Shown here: piece after piece, positions 48,694-58,013 of the stretch
Layout of the letters: every line of letters starts with the position of its first letter
Position numbering within the stretch: position 1 is the stretch's first letter
Source: a plasmid
DNA length: 64,000 nt
Sequence record: NZ_CP092111.1
Reading direction: 5' to 3' (one strand)
Notes under the pieces: model-generated
Databases searched by the model: none
Told to the model about the DNA's origin: nothing
The model's input: the letters and a program-made list of their open reading frames with translations, nothing else
Made by a program: the position numbers and the translations under genes

Positions 48694-48806
48694 ATTTCAT
48701 AATGTATGCTTTTACATAAAAGCATACATTATAATTGTTGAAAACACTGATTTTTTTTCGTTAGTGTGTTATAATCTATATAATAGAAAAAAGCATACAT
48801 TTTTTT
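48694..48806 (+). promoter_or_regulatory. Operator/promoter region related to the island palindrome, upstream of the recombinase operon
   Basis: Palindrome CATAATGTATGCTTTT-ACAT-AAAAGCATACATTATAAT (13-bp arms; half-site similar to ATAACATATGCTTTA of copies a-f). Additional half-site AAAAAGCATACATT at ~48790 and extended -10 TGTTATAAT at ~48765. Confidence 0.5.
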
Positions 48807-48957
48807 CGTTGATTTTAAAGGGTTTAGATCAAGTGGAAGAAAGAAATGGATGCAGTCAATATCACTGGTTGGGAAAATGAAATAATTACATTATAAGGAA
48901 ATTGGGGAGGGGATAATCAATTGAACCGATAAGGATTTAAATATGGGAGTTGATTAG

Positions 48958-49254
48958 ATGCTAAAGTGTAAAAATGCTCGAATTCATGAATTTAGGCTTC
49001 AAGCCGTTCATACAACGCCAGTCCTGTATGTCATAGAAGATTTCATGCAAGAATTTACTCTTATTGCTATCCCACAGTGGGATTGGTCCTTTCAGATGAC
49101 GCATACAGTTCCACGTGATCTGAATATAAAACAGTTACAGCAGTCATTATCAGTTGCCGGCTTTATAAATTACGATGAATCTGGTTTCGCTGCAAATACA
49201 ATAGCTGATATCGTATTTAATGAAATACCGGTAAAAGCCGAATATATTGAATAG
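48958..49254 (+). CDS. hypothetical protein (98 aa)
   Basis: RBS GGGAG. Immediately precedes the recombinase gene. Confidence 0.45.
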   Translation: MLKCKNARIHEFRLQAVHTTPVLYVIEDFMQEFTLIAIPQWDWSFQMTHTVPRDLNIKQLQQSLSVAGFINYDESGFAANTIADIVFNEIPVKAEYIE

Positions 49255-49266
49255 AAGGAATTTGGA

Positions 49267-49809
49267 ATGAATCAGTTACAAGATGTTCAGCCAATACGCA
49301 GTTTAGAAAAAATAGAAGACATGAAGTGGGCCTTGAAGAGATTTTGTTCTGAAAGAGACTACATGTATTTTTTGATTGGGATTAACTGTGGTCTTCGTGG
49401 CGGTGATTTAGTTCAGTTGAAACAGTCTCAGTGTAGGAGAAAGAAGTTTCCTGTAAAGGAAGGGAAAACTAAGAAAAAAAGAAATATTAACCTGTCAGCA
49501 ATATACGATGAAGTAGCTGCTTATATTGACAAGTATCCGAATGAGTGGATGTTCCCATCTCAAAAGGGAGGACATATTACAAGGATTCAGGCTTACCGAA
49601 TCTTACGGAAAGCTGCTGACATGGCTGGAATAGAAGGAATGGGCACTCACACCCTTAGAAAAAGCTTTGGTTATTGGCATTACAAGCAATTTAGGGATGT
49701 AGCCAAACTCCAAAGTATCTTTAATCATAATAATCCAGAAACGACATTGAGATATATAGGAATAACAGAAGAAGAAATTGATCAGGATCTTGAAAATTTC
49801 AAATTGTGA
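49267..49809 (+). CDS. short tyrosine recombinase (catalytic domain only, 180 aa; FimB/FimE-like size)
   Basis: Catalytic residues fit: GLRGGDL (Arg), HTLRKSF (His-x-x-Arg), LRYIGIT (Tyr). No N-terminal core-binding domain. Confidence 0.65.
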   Translation: MNQLQDVQPIRSLEKIEDMKWALKRFCSERDYMYFLIGINCGLRGGDLVQLKQSQCRRKKFPVKEGKTKKKRNINLSAIYDEVAAYIDKYPNEWMFPSQKGGHITRIQAYRILRKAADMAGIEGMGTHTLRKSFGYWHYKQFRDVAKLQSIFNHNNPETTLRYIGITEEEIDQDLENFKL

Positions 49810-49947
49810 TCTGATCAAAAGAGTTAAAAAAACAGCCCTCTTGGGTTTTATGGCAGGCAATGGGCGATTTCATTCGGCCCCGCATGACATTGGCTGACTT
49901 GTCCGTCAACGGGTAGAATGGATACAAAAAGGAAAGGCGGAGAATAC

Positions 49948-50127
49948 ATGGCATATCGTATTGTGGGCGAGTTAGAAGGGACGGAAATTACGTTCACGAG
50001 TACACATCCAGACAGAGAGAAACGAGAGGAGACATTCGAGACGATTGAGGAAGCTGAGGAAGCTATGAAGACCTTTAAAATGTCTCTGCCTGAAGGAACA
50101 AAATTGACGATTGAACCTGCGGTGTAG
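49948..50127 (+). CDS. small acidic protein (~60 aa)
   Basis: ATG at 49948 after AAAGGAAAGGCGGAG. Confidence 0.35.
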   Translation: MAYRIVGELEGTEITFTSTHPDREKREETFETIEEAEEAMKTFKMSLPEGTKLTIEPAV

Positions 50128-50135
50128 AGGCAAAT

Positions 50136-50303
50136 GATTGATTTTGAAACGGCTATGAGACACGTGAGAGCAACTCTTGGCTTTGAAGGTTTAGTGCTGA
50201 CGGAAGAAGAGGAAGAGCTTTTAGAAAGACGGTTTCATGGAGAAATCACAGAGGAAGAATACATACGAAAAGCATTGGAACTGTCTTACTCCGGTGACTA
50301 ATA
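50136..50303 (+). CDS. VbhA-like (Fic-inhibitor antitoxin family) small protein, orphan
   Basis: 55-aa ORF MIDFETAMRHVRATLGFEGLVLTEEEEELLERRFHGEITEEEYIRKALELSYSGD with the (S/T)xxxE(G/N) inhibitory motif (TLGFEG). No HPFx(D/E)GNGR Fic gene was seen in the window. Confidence 0.4.
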
Positions 50304-50426
50304 AATAGGGCAGCGAGCAATTTTGGTGTGAGTCAACGGTTACTGGACCGTAGAGAGGATTGAGGGTAGAAGAAGAAAATGGAAAATCAGATCGTGAAAT
50401 TTGTTTATTGGGAGTTGGTGTAGTCG

Positions 50427-51329
50427 GTGGAAGTTCTACAAGGTCGAGAAATGCCGGATGCTAAGTATTGGGATGAAAAAGAACAAGTTTACAAACCAGT
50501 ATTAGCTGTTGATTTTACTCCGGAATTAAGAAAAGTAAAAACTGTATGTAAATACTGTGAGCAAAGTGTTATCTTCGTACAGGGTAATAAGAAAGAGGAT
50601 TCTAAACCATTTTTTAGGAGATCTCCAGGTGTATATCACGTTGAGGGCTGCCCGTATGGACAGAAGAAAACCCTAAAGGATGAATTGAGGGAAGTGGGTA
50701 CTTTGGAAGGGCTACTGTATGGTGTAAAGCCGCCCCTTGCTGTTCAAAGGGTGAAAAATTCATCTGTCCAAGAAGGCGAAAAAAGCCAATCTGAAGAAAG
50801 ACCAAGATCATTGGAGAAACAGCCTCGTCAGCAGGTGCCGAATAAAGATAAACCGCATCAGAGGAATTTATTTGGTGTAGATGATTTATTTCATGAATTA
50901 AAGGATATAAGAAGTCAAGAGCCTTCATTAATGAGGAAACTATATGAAAGAATCATTGGGAATGTATATTACCCTTATAAAGAGTATTCTCTCCTGTTGG
51001 AACATAGCAAGAAAGGAAAGCTAAGGAAATACTTTTACACCGCTGGAATATTCAAAGCAAAACTGGAATACGACATGATTGAGAATAAAGGATACATCTT
51101 TTTGTATGGAAAGGGTAATGGCTCAATTAAACTACGCCTTTATCCTGGAGATGAAAAGGTAATGACACAATTAAAAAGGTTCAGATACAAGGTAGCGAGG
51201 AAAGAAAAAAAGAAAACTGAATTTATTGGAGTCTTAGTTCAATTAAGGCAGATAAGTAATGAAGAAGGAGTTACATATATAGATCTTGATTTATACGACT
51301 TCTCTATAAATCACTATATGAATAGTTAG
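50427..51329 (+). CDS. CoiA-like family protein (second copy, divergent)
   Basis: N-terminal CKYCEQSVIFVQGNKKEDSKPFFRRSPGVYHVEGCPYG is a zinc-finger pattern like that in 3608-4288. GTG start. Confidence 0.35.
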   Translation: MEVLQGREMPDAKYWDEKEQVYKPVLAVDFTPELRKVKTVCKYCEQSVIFVQGNKKEDSKPFFRRSPGVYHVEGCPYGQKKTLKDELREVGTLEGLLYGVKPPLAVQRVKNSSVQEGEKSQSEERPRSLEKQPRQQVPNKDKPHQRNLFGVDDLFHELKDIRSQEPSLMRKLYERIIGNVYYPYKEYSLLLEHSKKGKLRKYFYTAGIFKAKLEYDMIENKGYIFLYGKGNGSIKLRLYPGDEKVMTQLKRFRYKVARKEKKKTEFIGVLVQLRQISNEEGVTYIDLDLYDFSINHYMNS

Positions 51330-51453
51330 AAACTTTTACGGCGGGAAAATGCGCCGTTTTTTGTTTGGATTCCAAAATTTTCTTCGTTTTTCATTGGGTT
51401 TTTAATACTTTTGGAATAAAATTAGACTAAGTAATTAGCAGGAGGAACAATGG

Positions 51454-51939
51454 ATGTTACGAAATGACCTCGTTTTTAAAGAGCTAACGATTTTGCGACT
51501 CCAAGAATTTTACGAGAAAACCGGTAGATCACCAAAAAAGAAAGATATTGAAGGCATAACAAGAATTGAGTCTGCTTTTGGGAGTTGGACTGAAGCTCTC
51601 ATTGAAGCTGGTTTTTTCCGGAGGAGAAGAATAACTGAACAGCAAAAATTAGATATTAAAAGAATGGTTAATGAAATTAATGAATCTCATAAAATACGAT
51701 TAAAAAAGAACATAACGCCCCCACCTGAACTGGACACCATGGTATTAGCCTTGGCTACAGTTAAGATATTGAAGGCGTCACCTAACGAATTATTCACGAG
51801 AAAGAAGATAAATTCCCTCTTAATTGATTGCGTTGGTTCAGGCCCCAGCCAGATTACTCACATCTTTCCGGTTATGAACGAAATTGATTATAGGGTACTG
51901 AATCCAAGGAAGGGTGTTATGTCTTTTATCCAGCTGTAA
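51454..51939 (+). CDS. hypothetical protein (161 aa)
   Basis: RBS AGGAGG. Confidence 0.4.
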   Translation: MLRNDLVFKELTILRLQEFYEKTGRSPKKKDIEGITRIESAFGSWTEALIEAGFFRRRRITEQQKLDIKRMVNEINESHKIRLKKNITPPPELDTMVLALATVKILKASPNELFTRKKINSLLIDCVGSGPSQITHIFPVMNEIDYRVLNPRKGVMSFIQL

Positions 51940-51954
51940 AAGGAGGGGATGGAA

Positions 51955-52419
51955 GTGTTTAATGAAAGAACAGCATTGAAAATGCGAATGGAGCAGCTTA
52001 ATGAGAGAGAGCATATAATTATACGTGAATTTCAGGCTGAGCGAGACACTATTTATAAACGGCTCCGCGAACTTGATAATGGTAAGCATGCATTGCCATG
52101 CCTACGTGAGTTAGCAAAACAAGAAAAATTTATAAATGATGCATATAAAAGTGGAGAAATTATCGTTCCTCATGTCAGCGCCGCCCGATCAGAAAATTCT
52201 GTTGTAAAAAAAATAGATCAGCGAAAACTTGCGATACAGTTTCTTGCTTCTCAAATTGGTAAAGAAGTGAAAAGCGTTGACATAAAAAGGTATGTTGAAA
52301 GGATTCACGGTGAACCAATTCAAAACATGACCATGTTTATGGAAAGCTTGATGAGAAAGAATCCAAGACTGAAAAAGATTGGTCGAGGATTATATACGTA
52401 CGCCGGGATTGGAGAATAG
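51955..52419 (+). CDS. hypothetical protein (~154 aa)
   Basis: Start codon ambiguous (ATG 51949, GTG 51955 or ATG 51961) after AAAGGAGGGG. Confidence 0.4.
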   Translation: MFNERTALKMRMEQLNEREHIIIREFQAERDTIYKRLRELDNGKHALPCLRELAKQEKFINDAYKSGEIIVPHVSAARSENSVVKKIDQRKLAIQFLASQIGKEVKSVDIKRYVERIHGEPIQNMTMFMESLMRKNPRLKKIGRGLYTYAGIGE

Positions 52420-52658
52420 GCAGAGAGCGAAATCCAATTCTGGCTTCAGGGAGATTGCCCGATATTGAAGGAGCGCAAGGTGACTGATGTTATCATCACT
52501 CCACACAACCAATAAATTTGGCATTACAGTAAGGATCGCGAGCACTAAAAATTTTTCAACAGAGACCGCTTCAAGAAATTAAGTAGTTACACCCTTGTAT
52601 GGAATTTCCACCTGATTTATTGTTGGTATGAGTTAATTTACTCTATAGGGGGTAGTGC

Positions 52659-53099
52659 ATGGTACGCAGAGGAATCGTGTTCCTTTTCATGATAATGGTA
52701 CTTTTAATAACAGCATGTAGTTCTCAATCCAGTTCGAATGTGGGGTATTGGGTTTTAGAAAAGAATAGAGTTAATGAAGATCACGATGTTAAAGAGTATG
52801 TTTCATATCTTCAAGAGCATAAAGACATTAGGGGATATAAAGAATTCACCATAGCAGAAGGAATGCAGATGGTAGTGGTTTCTTTAGGGAACAGCGATAA
52901 GGAAAAGCGACTTGATGTTGCTCATGTCAAAAATTCAAATGGAGACATAAAATTAACTGTTGATGTACAAAAGAATGAATCAAATAAAACAAATGAGAAA
53001 AACCCTTATGTCATGATTGGCCTAAATAATAAGGAAGATCATAAATTAAGCCTGACCGATCAAAAAGGGAATAAGTTTAAAGAGGTTGATTACAAATAA
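52659..53099 (+). CDS. lipoprotein (146 aa)
   Basis: Signal peptide with lipobox LITAC. Confidence 0.5.
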   Translation: MVRRGIVFLFMIMVLLITACSSQSSSNVGYWVLEKNRVNEDHDVKEYVSYLQEHKDIRGYKEFTIAEGMQMVVVSLGNSDKEKRLDVAHVKNSNGDIKLTVDVQKNESNKTNEKNPYVMIGLNNKEDHKLSLTDQKGNKFKEVDYK

Positions 53100-53104
53100 A
53101 AAAA

Positions 53105-53500
53105 TCTGGCGAGAAGCAGTTTTTTCACTGTTTCCAGCTTTTATGACCAGTGGCCAGGTAATGGGTGTCTTGGCAAAGAACCTGTGACCGTCGGCTCCGA
53201 TGCGGCGCCGGCAGGAAGATCATCAGCGCAGAAGGCGGAAACGCCCTGTGTCTACGGAGCGATCAGGAATGCGTCGGCTACGCCTCTTCCATGAATTCTC
53301 CCCGGACTATCGCAGACTGCGGGTAGCAGGATTCCGGAACCGGCTAAGTGCCGGTTTTTTTGTGGCCAGGGCAGGCAACGGGCCGCCCTGGCTGCAGCCA
53401 AAGGAATTGTGCGGCCATTAGCCCCGATAGGGAGCCGATATGAGAGTGTCCATGCTGAGGCGAAAAAGCTCTGAGTTTAGGGAGCCAATCAGGAGTGCAC
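53105..53500. repeat. GC-rich composite hairpin repeat locus (degenerate A-type), ~1.5 units
   Basis: Contains GGCGGAAACGCCCTGTGTCTACGGAGCGATCAGG...CCGGAACCGGCTAAGTGCCGGTTTTTTTGTGGCCAGGGCAGGCAACGGGCCGCCCTGGC. Confidence 0.7.
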
Positions 53501-53506
53501 CAGCTC

Positions 53507-53908
53507 CTACGACTTCCGTAAATCATTTTTAGAATCACTATTTTTTATTTTCTCTAATTCTTCTATAGTGTATGTAGTAACAGGAGCAGCTTGATCACCA
53601 TCTTTATCCCTCCATCCTTTCCACACTCGTTGATTGTAATTATCTTTTCTTTTTTGTTCCCATTTTTTTTGTTCCTTGCTAGTACCCGTTGTATACTTAC
53701 CCTTTTGTGCGAATCTTTTTCTTGCTTTTTCGCTACTCGTGCTAAGTGTTGGTCTTACATTATTCATCGAATTCAGTTCTTCCTGTCTAAATCTCATCTT
53801 TTTCTCTATAGCTTCAGGAGACTTCGCTCTGGCCCGTTGTTTTTCTCTAATCTCTCTCCTTTTTCTTTGACTCGGCGTTTCATTTTTTATTTGATTTTCT
53901 TCTTTCAT
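53507..53908 (-). CDS. highly basic protein (~133 aa)
   Basis: K/R-rich sequence. ATG at 53908 after GAAGGGG. Function unknown. Confidence 0.4.
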   Translation of the reverse strand: MKEENQIKNETPSQRKRREIREKQRARAKSPEAIEKKMRFRQEELNSMNNVRPTLSTSSEKARKRFAQKGKYTTGTSKEQKKWEQKRKDNYNQRVWKGWRDKDGDQAAPVTTYTIEELEKIKNSDSKNDLRKS

Positions 53909-53994
53909 TTTAAACCAGCCCCTTCTACCAGGATATTTATGCAAAACTTCAATCATTTTTATTATAAACAAATGATATATTTCTCTCACTTATA

Positions 53995-55245
53995 TCTTGC
54001 CGTTGGTCCTGATATGGTGCCAGCAGGAAGAACTTCTGCACAGAAAGCCAAAACACCCCCGCGTTTACGGGGGGTGATCATGAGTGAACTGGCTGTGGCT
54101 TCATCGCAGGCTGCTGAAGGAGCTCCGCGGCCGTTGGCCCTGATATAGCGTCGACAGGAGAGCGTCTGAAGCACAAAACGCCCCGCGTTTACGGAGCGAT
54201 CGGGAGAGCACCGGCAGCGCCTCCGCCGTGAAATCTCCGCGGCTCATCGAAACTGCGAGGCAGCAGGATTCCGGAACCGGCCGGGTGCCGGCTTTTTGTG
54301 TCCAGGGCAGGTAACGGGGCGCCCTGGCTGCTGAAGGAGCTCCGCGGCCGTCGGTTCCGATGCGGCGCCGGCAGGAGAACGTCTGAAGGAGAAAATGCTC
54401 CGCGTTTACGCAGCGATCAGGGCTGCACCGGCAGCGCCGCGTCGTGAAATTTCCGCGCTCATCGAAGTTTCGGGGCAGCAGGATTCCGGCCGGCTAGGTG
54501 CCGGCTTTTTGTGTCCAGGCAGGCAACGGGGCGCCCTGGCTGCTGAAGGAGCTCCGCGGCCGTCGGTTCCGATGCGGCGCCGGCAGGAGAACGTCTGAAG
54601 GAGAAAATGCTCCGCGTTTACGCAGCGATCAGGGCTGCACCGGCAGCGCCTCCGCCGTGAAATCTCCGCGGCTCATCGAAACTGCGAGGCAGCAGGATTC
54701 CGGAACCGGCCGGGTGCCGGCTTTTTGTGTCCAGGGCAGGTAACGGGGCGCCCTGGCTGCTGAAGGAGCTCCGCGGCCGTCGGTTCCGATGCGGCGCCGG
54801 TAGGAGAACGTCTGAAGGAGAAAATGCTCCGCGTTTACGCAGCGATCAGGGCTGCACCGGCAGCGCCGCGTCGTGAAATTTCCGCGCTCATCGAAGTTTC
54901 GGGGAAACAGGCTTCCGGAACCGGCCAGGTGCCGGCTTTTTGTGTCCAGGCAGGCAACGGGGCGCCCTGGCTGCTGCGGCCGTCGGCCCGTCAGGAGAGT
55001 GTCTGATGTCAAAACGCCCCGCGTTTACGGAGCGATCGGGAGAGCACCGGCAGCGCCTCCGCCGTGAAATCTCCGCGGCTCATCGAAGTTTCGGGGAAAC
55101 AGGCTTCCGGAACCGGCCAGGTGCCGGCTTTTTTGTGTCCTGGTCAGGCAACGGGCCGCCCAGGCTGCAGCTGAAGGAGCTCCGCGGCCGATCGCCTCGA
55201 TACAATGCCGACAGTACTCCGGAGCCGGTGGTCGGTTAATTTTCA
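53995..55245. repeat. GC-rich composite hairpin repeat locus (A-type), ~6 units
   Basis: Unit starts at ~54056, 54180, 54398, 54618, 54820, 55018. Immediately upstream of rap. Confidence 0.85.
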
Positions 55246-55387
55246 TTGAGAGCCACTTAAATATTTCTTTGATATTTGAATCTTGAGAAAATACCCAAAA
55301 AGGGGAATATTCTATTGATTTTTTAAACCCATTAAATAGAAATATGATAAAATATTAGGGGGTATCATATAAGGGAGGGAAAACGAT

Positions 55388-56539
55388 TTGGTGAGTAAAA
55401 CGCTGGCATCTTCAGAGGTGGGACACCTTATAAATCAATGGTATGGTTATATTCGTTCTTTTAGTATTCCAGATTCAGAGTATTTAAAGAAAGAAATTGA
55501 GAATAAACTTGATCAAATGGAAGAAGACCAAGATCTGCTTTTGTACTATTCACTTATGGAGTTTCGACATCGCTTAATGTTGGAATCCCTTGAACCATTA
55601 GAAAAATTAAGAATTGATCAGCAGCCGAACCTTTCAGATTTATTATCAGAAATTGAGAATAATCAGTCTCGTATCAAAGGAATGCTGGACTACTATTTTA
55701 ATTTCTTTAAAGGACAATTTGAATTTTCTAGGAAGAATTATATTCAAGCGATACAATATTATAAACGAGCAGAATTGAAGCTAGATCTAATTCCTGAAGA
55801 AGAGAAAATTGAAAAAGCAGAATTTCATTATAAAGTGGCAGCTGCTTATTATAGAATCAAGCAGAATATGTTTTCGCTACATCATGCAGAGATCGCTTTA
55901 AATATGTTCGAAGCCAATAAACTCTATAGTACAAGTACCATAAGTTGTGAAATGATGTTAGGCGCAAATAAGCTTGATCTTCTTCGATTTGATGAAGCAG
56001 AGGCCCATTATACAAATGCCATGAAGTTTGCTGAATTGACAAAGGATAATTATTCAAGAGGATTGGCTTGTCATAATATTGGGTTAAGCTATGCGCTTCA
56101 AAACAAAAGTGACTTAGCTGAAGAATATTTCCGAAAAGTCCTTGAAATACCAGAATATTATGAAACTGAACGTGGGTTAAGGACTGATTTTGAATTGACT
56201 TTTGTCTTGTATAAGAATGGTAAAATAGAAGAGGCACAAAAGCTTTTAGTAAAGGGCATCAAGAAAGCTGAAAAAGAAGGTGAAGCAGAGTATTTGGCGA
56301 AATTTAATATTGTCCATGCTCTTTACGGTGGCTTAGAGGCACAAAAGCGTGACGATCTTATTCAGAGAGCATTCAAATATCTTGAAGAAAAGCAGCTATG
56401 GACAGATATTGAAGAATTGAGCCAAGATATCGCGGAACATTTTCGCATAATCAAGGATTATGCGAATACTGTATTATATCTGGATAAGGTGATCTACGCG
56501 AAGAACAAAATTCTCAGCGTATCGGAGGAATTAATGTGA
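55388..56539 (+). CDS. rap: Rap-family TPR response-regulator aspartate phosphatase/quorum receptor
   Basis: 383 aa, TPR-rich, with typical Rap architecture. The downstream overlapping phr (ATGTGA overlap) confirms the module. Confidence 0.85.
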   Translation: MVSKTLASSEVGHLINQWYGYIRSFSIPDSEYLKKEIENKLDQMEEDQDLLLYYSLMEFRHRLMLESLEPLEKLRIDQQPNLSDLLSEIENNQSRIKGMLDYYFNFFKGQFEFSRKNYIQAIQYYKRAELKLDLIPEEEKIEKAEFHYKVAAAYYRIKQNMFSLHHAEIALNMFEANKLYSTSTISCEMMLGANKLDLLRFDEAEAHYTNAMKFAELTKDNYSRGLACHNIGLSYALQNKSDLAEEYFRKVLEIPEYYETERGLRTDFELTFVLYKNGKIEEAQKLLVKGIKKAEKEGEAEYLAKFNIVHALYGGLEAQKRDDLIQRAFKYLEEKQLWTDIEELSQDIAEHFRIIKDYANTVLYLDKVIYAKNKILSVSEELM

Positions 56540-56718
56540 AGAAAATAGTGGCTGTCGCAGTTCTCATCTCAATTATGGCTTTATTTTTCTCTGTATTTCA
56601 TAATAAGCATGATGAGAAACGGTTGGCTGGCAGGGCCGAATATGCAATACAGGGAACACATTATACGGCTTTAGCCGATGGACAGTTTGAAACCCAAGGT
56701 AGAGCTGAATTTGCATGA
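56536..56718 (+). CDS. phr: Phr signalling-peptide precursor
   Basis: 60 aa, N-terminal signal peptide (VAVAVLISIMALFFSVF). Start overlaps the rap stop. Confidence 0.75.
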   Translation: MKKIVAVAVLISIMALFFSVFHNKHDEKRLAGRAEYAIQGTHYTALADGQFETQGRAEFA

Positions 56719-56826
56719 TCCTTTCCCTCCGACGAATGTTCGGAGGGTTTTACGTATGACAAATTTTATATTTATCATCAAAAAATGATTCTAACGCAAA
56801 AACAAATTCAAAGGGAGAATGCCTGT

Positions 56827-57760
56827 ATGAATTTTAGAAGAGGCGTCTTTATCATTGTATCGACTATCGTATTAATGTCAGGGATCGGTCTAACTGCATC
56901 GGCCGTTTCATTAGATGGATCATATCAAGTTTCGTCTGATCGTAATCAAACCTAAGAAGGATCCTGCTCTCCAGGGAAGAGATGAATATCATACAACGCA
57001 ACCAGATATAAATTTGGTTAAAGATAGTGACAAAATCAAGCCTAGTAAGAGTGGAACCCCTGGATCGCCAGCTTATTATGAAAAAGGTGAAGCGAAGACT
57101 GGTTTTATTCAATATGAATTATCGGCTTCAGAATACAAAGAGTTTAAAAATGAAAAGACAAAACTAGTGATTTCCCCTCCTTCAAAAGATTCTATGTTCC
57201 GCGAGCATATCGGTGAAAAGCAAACCAGGGATCTCCCGCTGTCTGGAAATTCTTTAGAAATACAAAAGAGCGATAAAAAATTTTATGAGGATCAGATTAT
57301 TCGCAAAGGTATTGCCGAAAAAACCATGATAGAACTCAAAGACGGTTTGGCTGACAAGAAAAGTGAAAATAAAGTTGAATTGACACTGGAAGGCTTTCAA
57401 TTTACTAAGTTAGCTCCTTCAGTTAGTTTCAAAAAATCTTTTACTGGTTTTGGGAATGAGGATATTGTTGCAGCTACCTTTAAGTTACATATAAAAAACA
57501 ATCAAGGTGACACCCTGCCATTAGGACAGTTCAGCTCTTTTTTAGACACTGACAAGCGACATTATTTAAATCAAGGATCATTAGAGTATGATTCAGGAGA
57601 CCTCCGGCCAGGACAGTCAGGCACAAAATATTTAGTGTTCTTGATGAAAAAGTCAGAACTTAACGAAAACCCAAAATTCAAATTGCGCATTAGACATATT
57701 GAAGGAAATAGTGGTGACGCGTTAAATGATCGAGAGGTTGACTTTAATCTGGTTCGTTAA
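56827..57760 (+). pseudogene. Secreted protein gene (DUF4352-like Ig-fold type) apparently split by a frameshift
   Basis: A signal-peptide ORF (MNFRRGVFIIVSTIVLMSGIGLTASAVS...) in frame 1 stops at 56955. The mature-domain ORF (56915-57760) continues in another frame. Confidence 0.4.
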
Positions 57761-58013
57761 TCGAAACTGAAGAGCTCTCTATTAACTACAAAATCATGAT
57801 TGTTCTCATTAGACAAACATGATAAAGTAGAAAAGTAGAAAAGTAGAGAAATTTAAAAGTTGTTGTTTCTAAGGGATCAACTGATCCTTTAAGGAGGTGA
57901 TTAAATCGATTCTGAAATACGGACAACTTAATACTTCGGTTTCTTTTATTGATACGAGTTAGAATTTTCCCTCTTTTCAAAAACCACTTATCTTAAAAAG
58001 AGGAGAAATGTAT

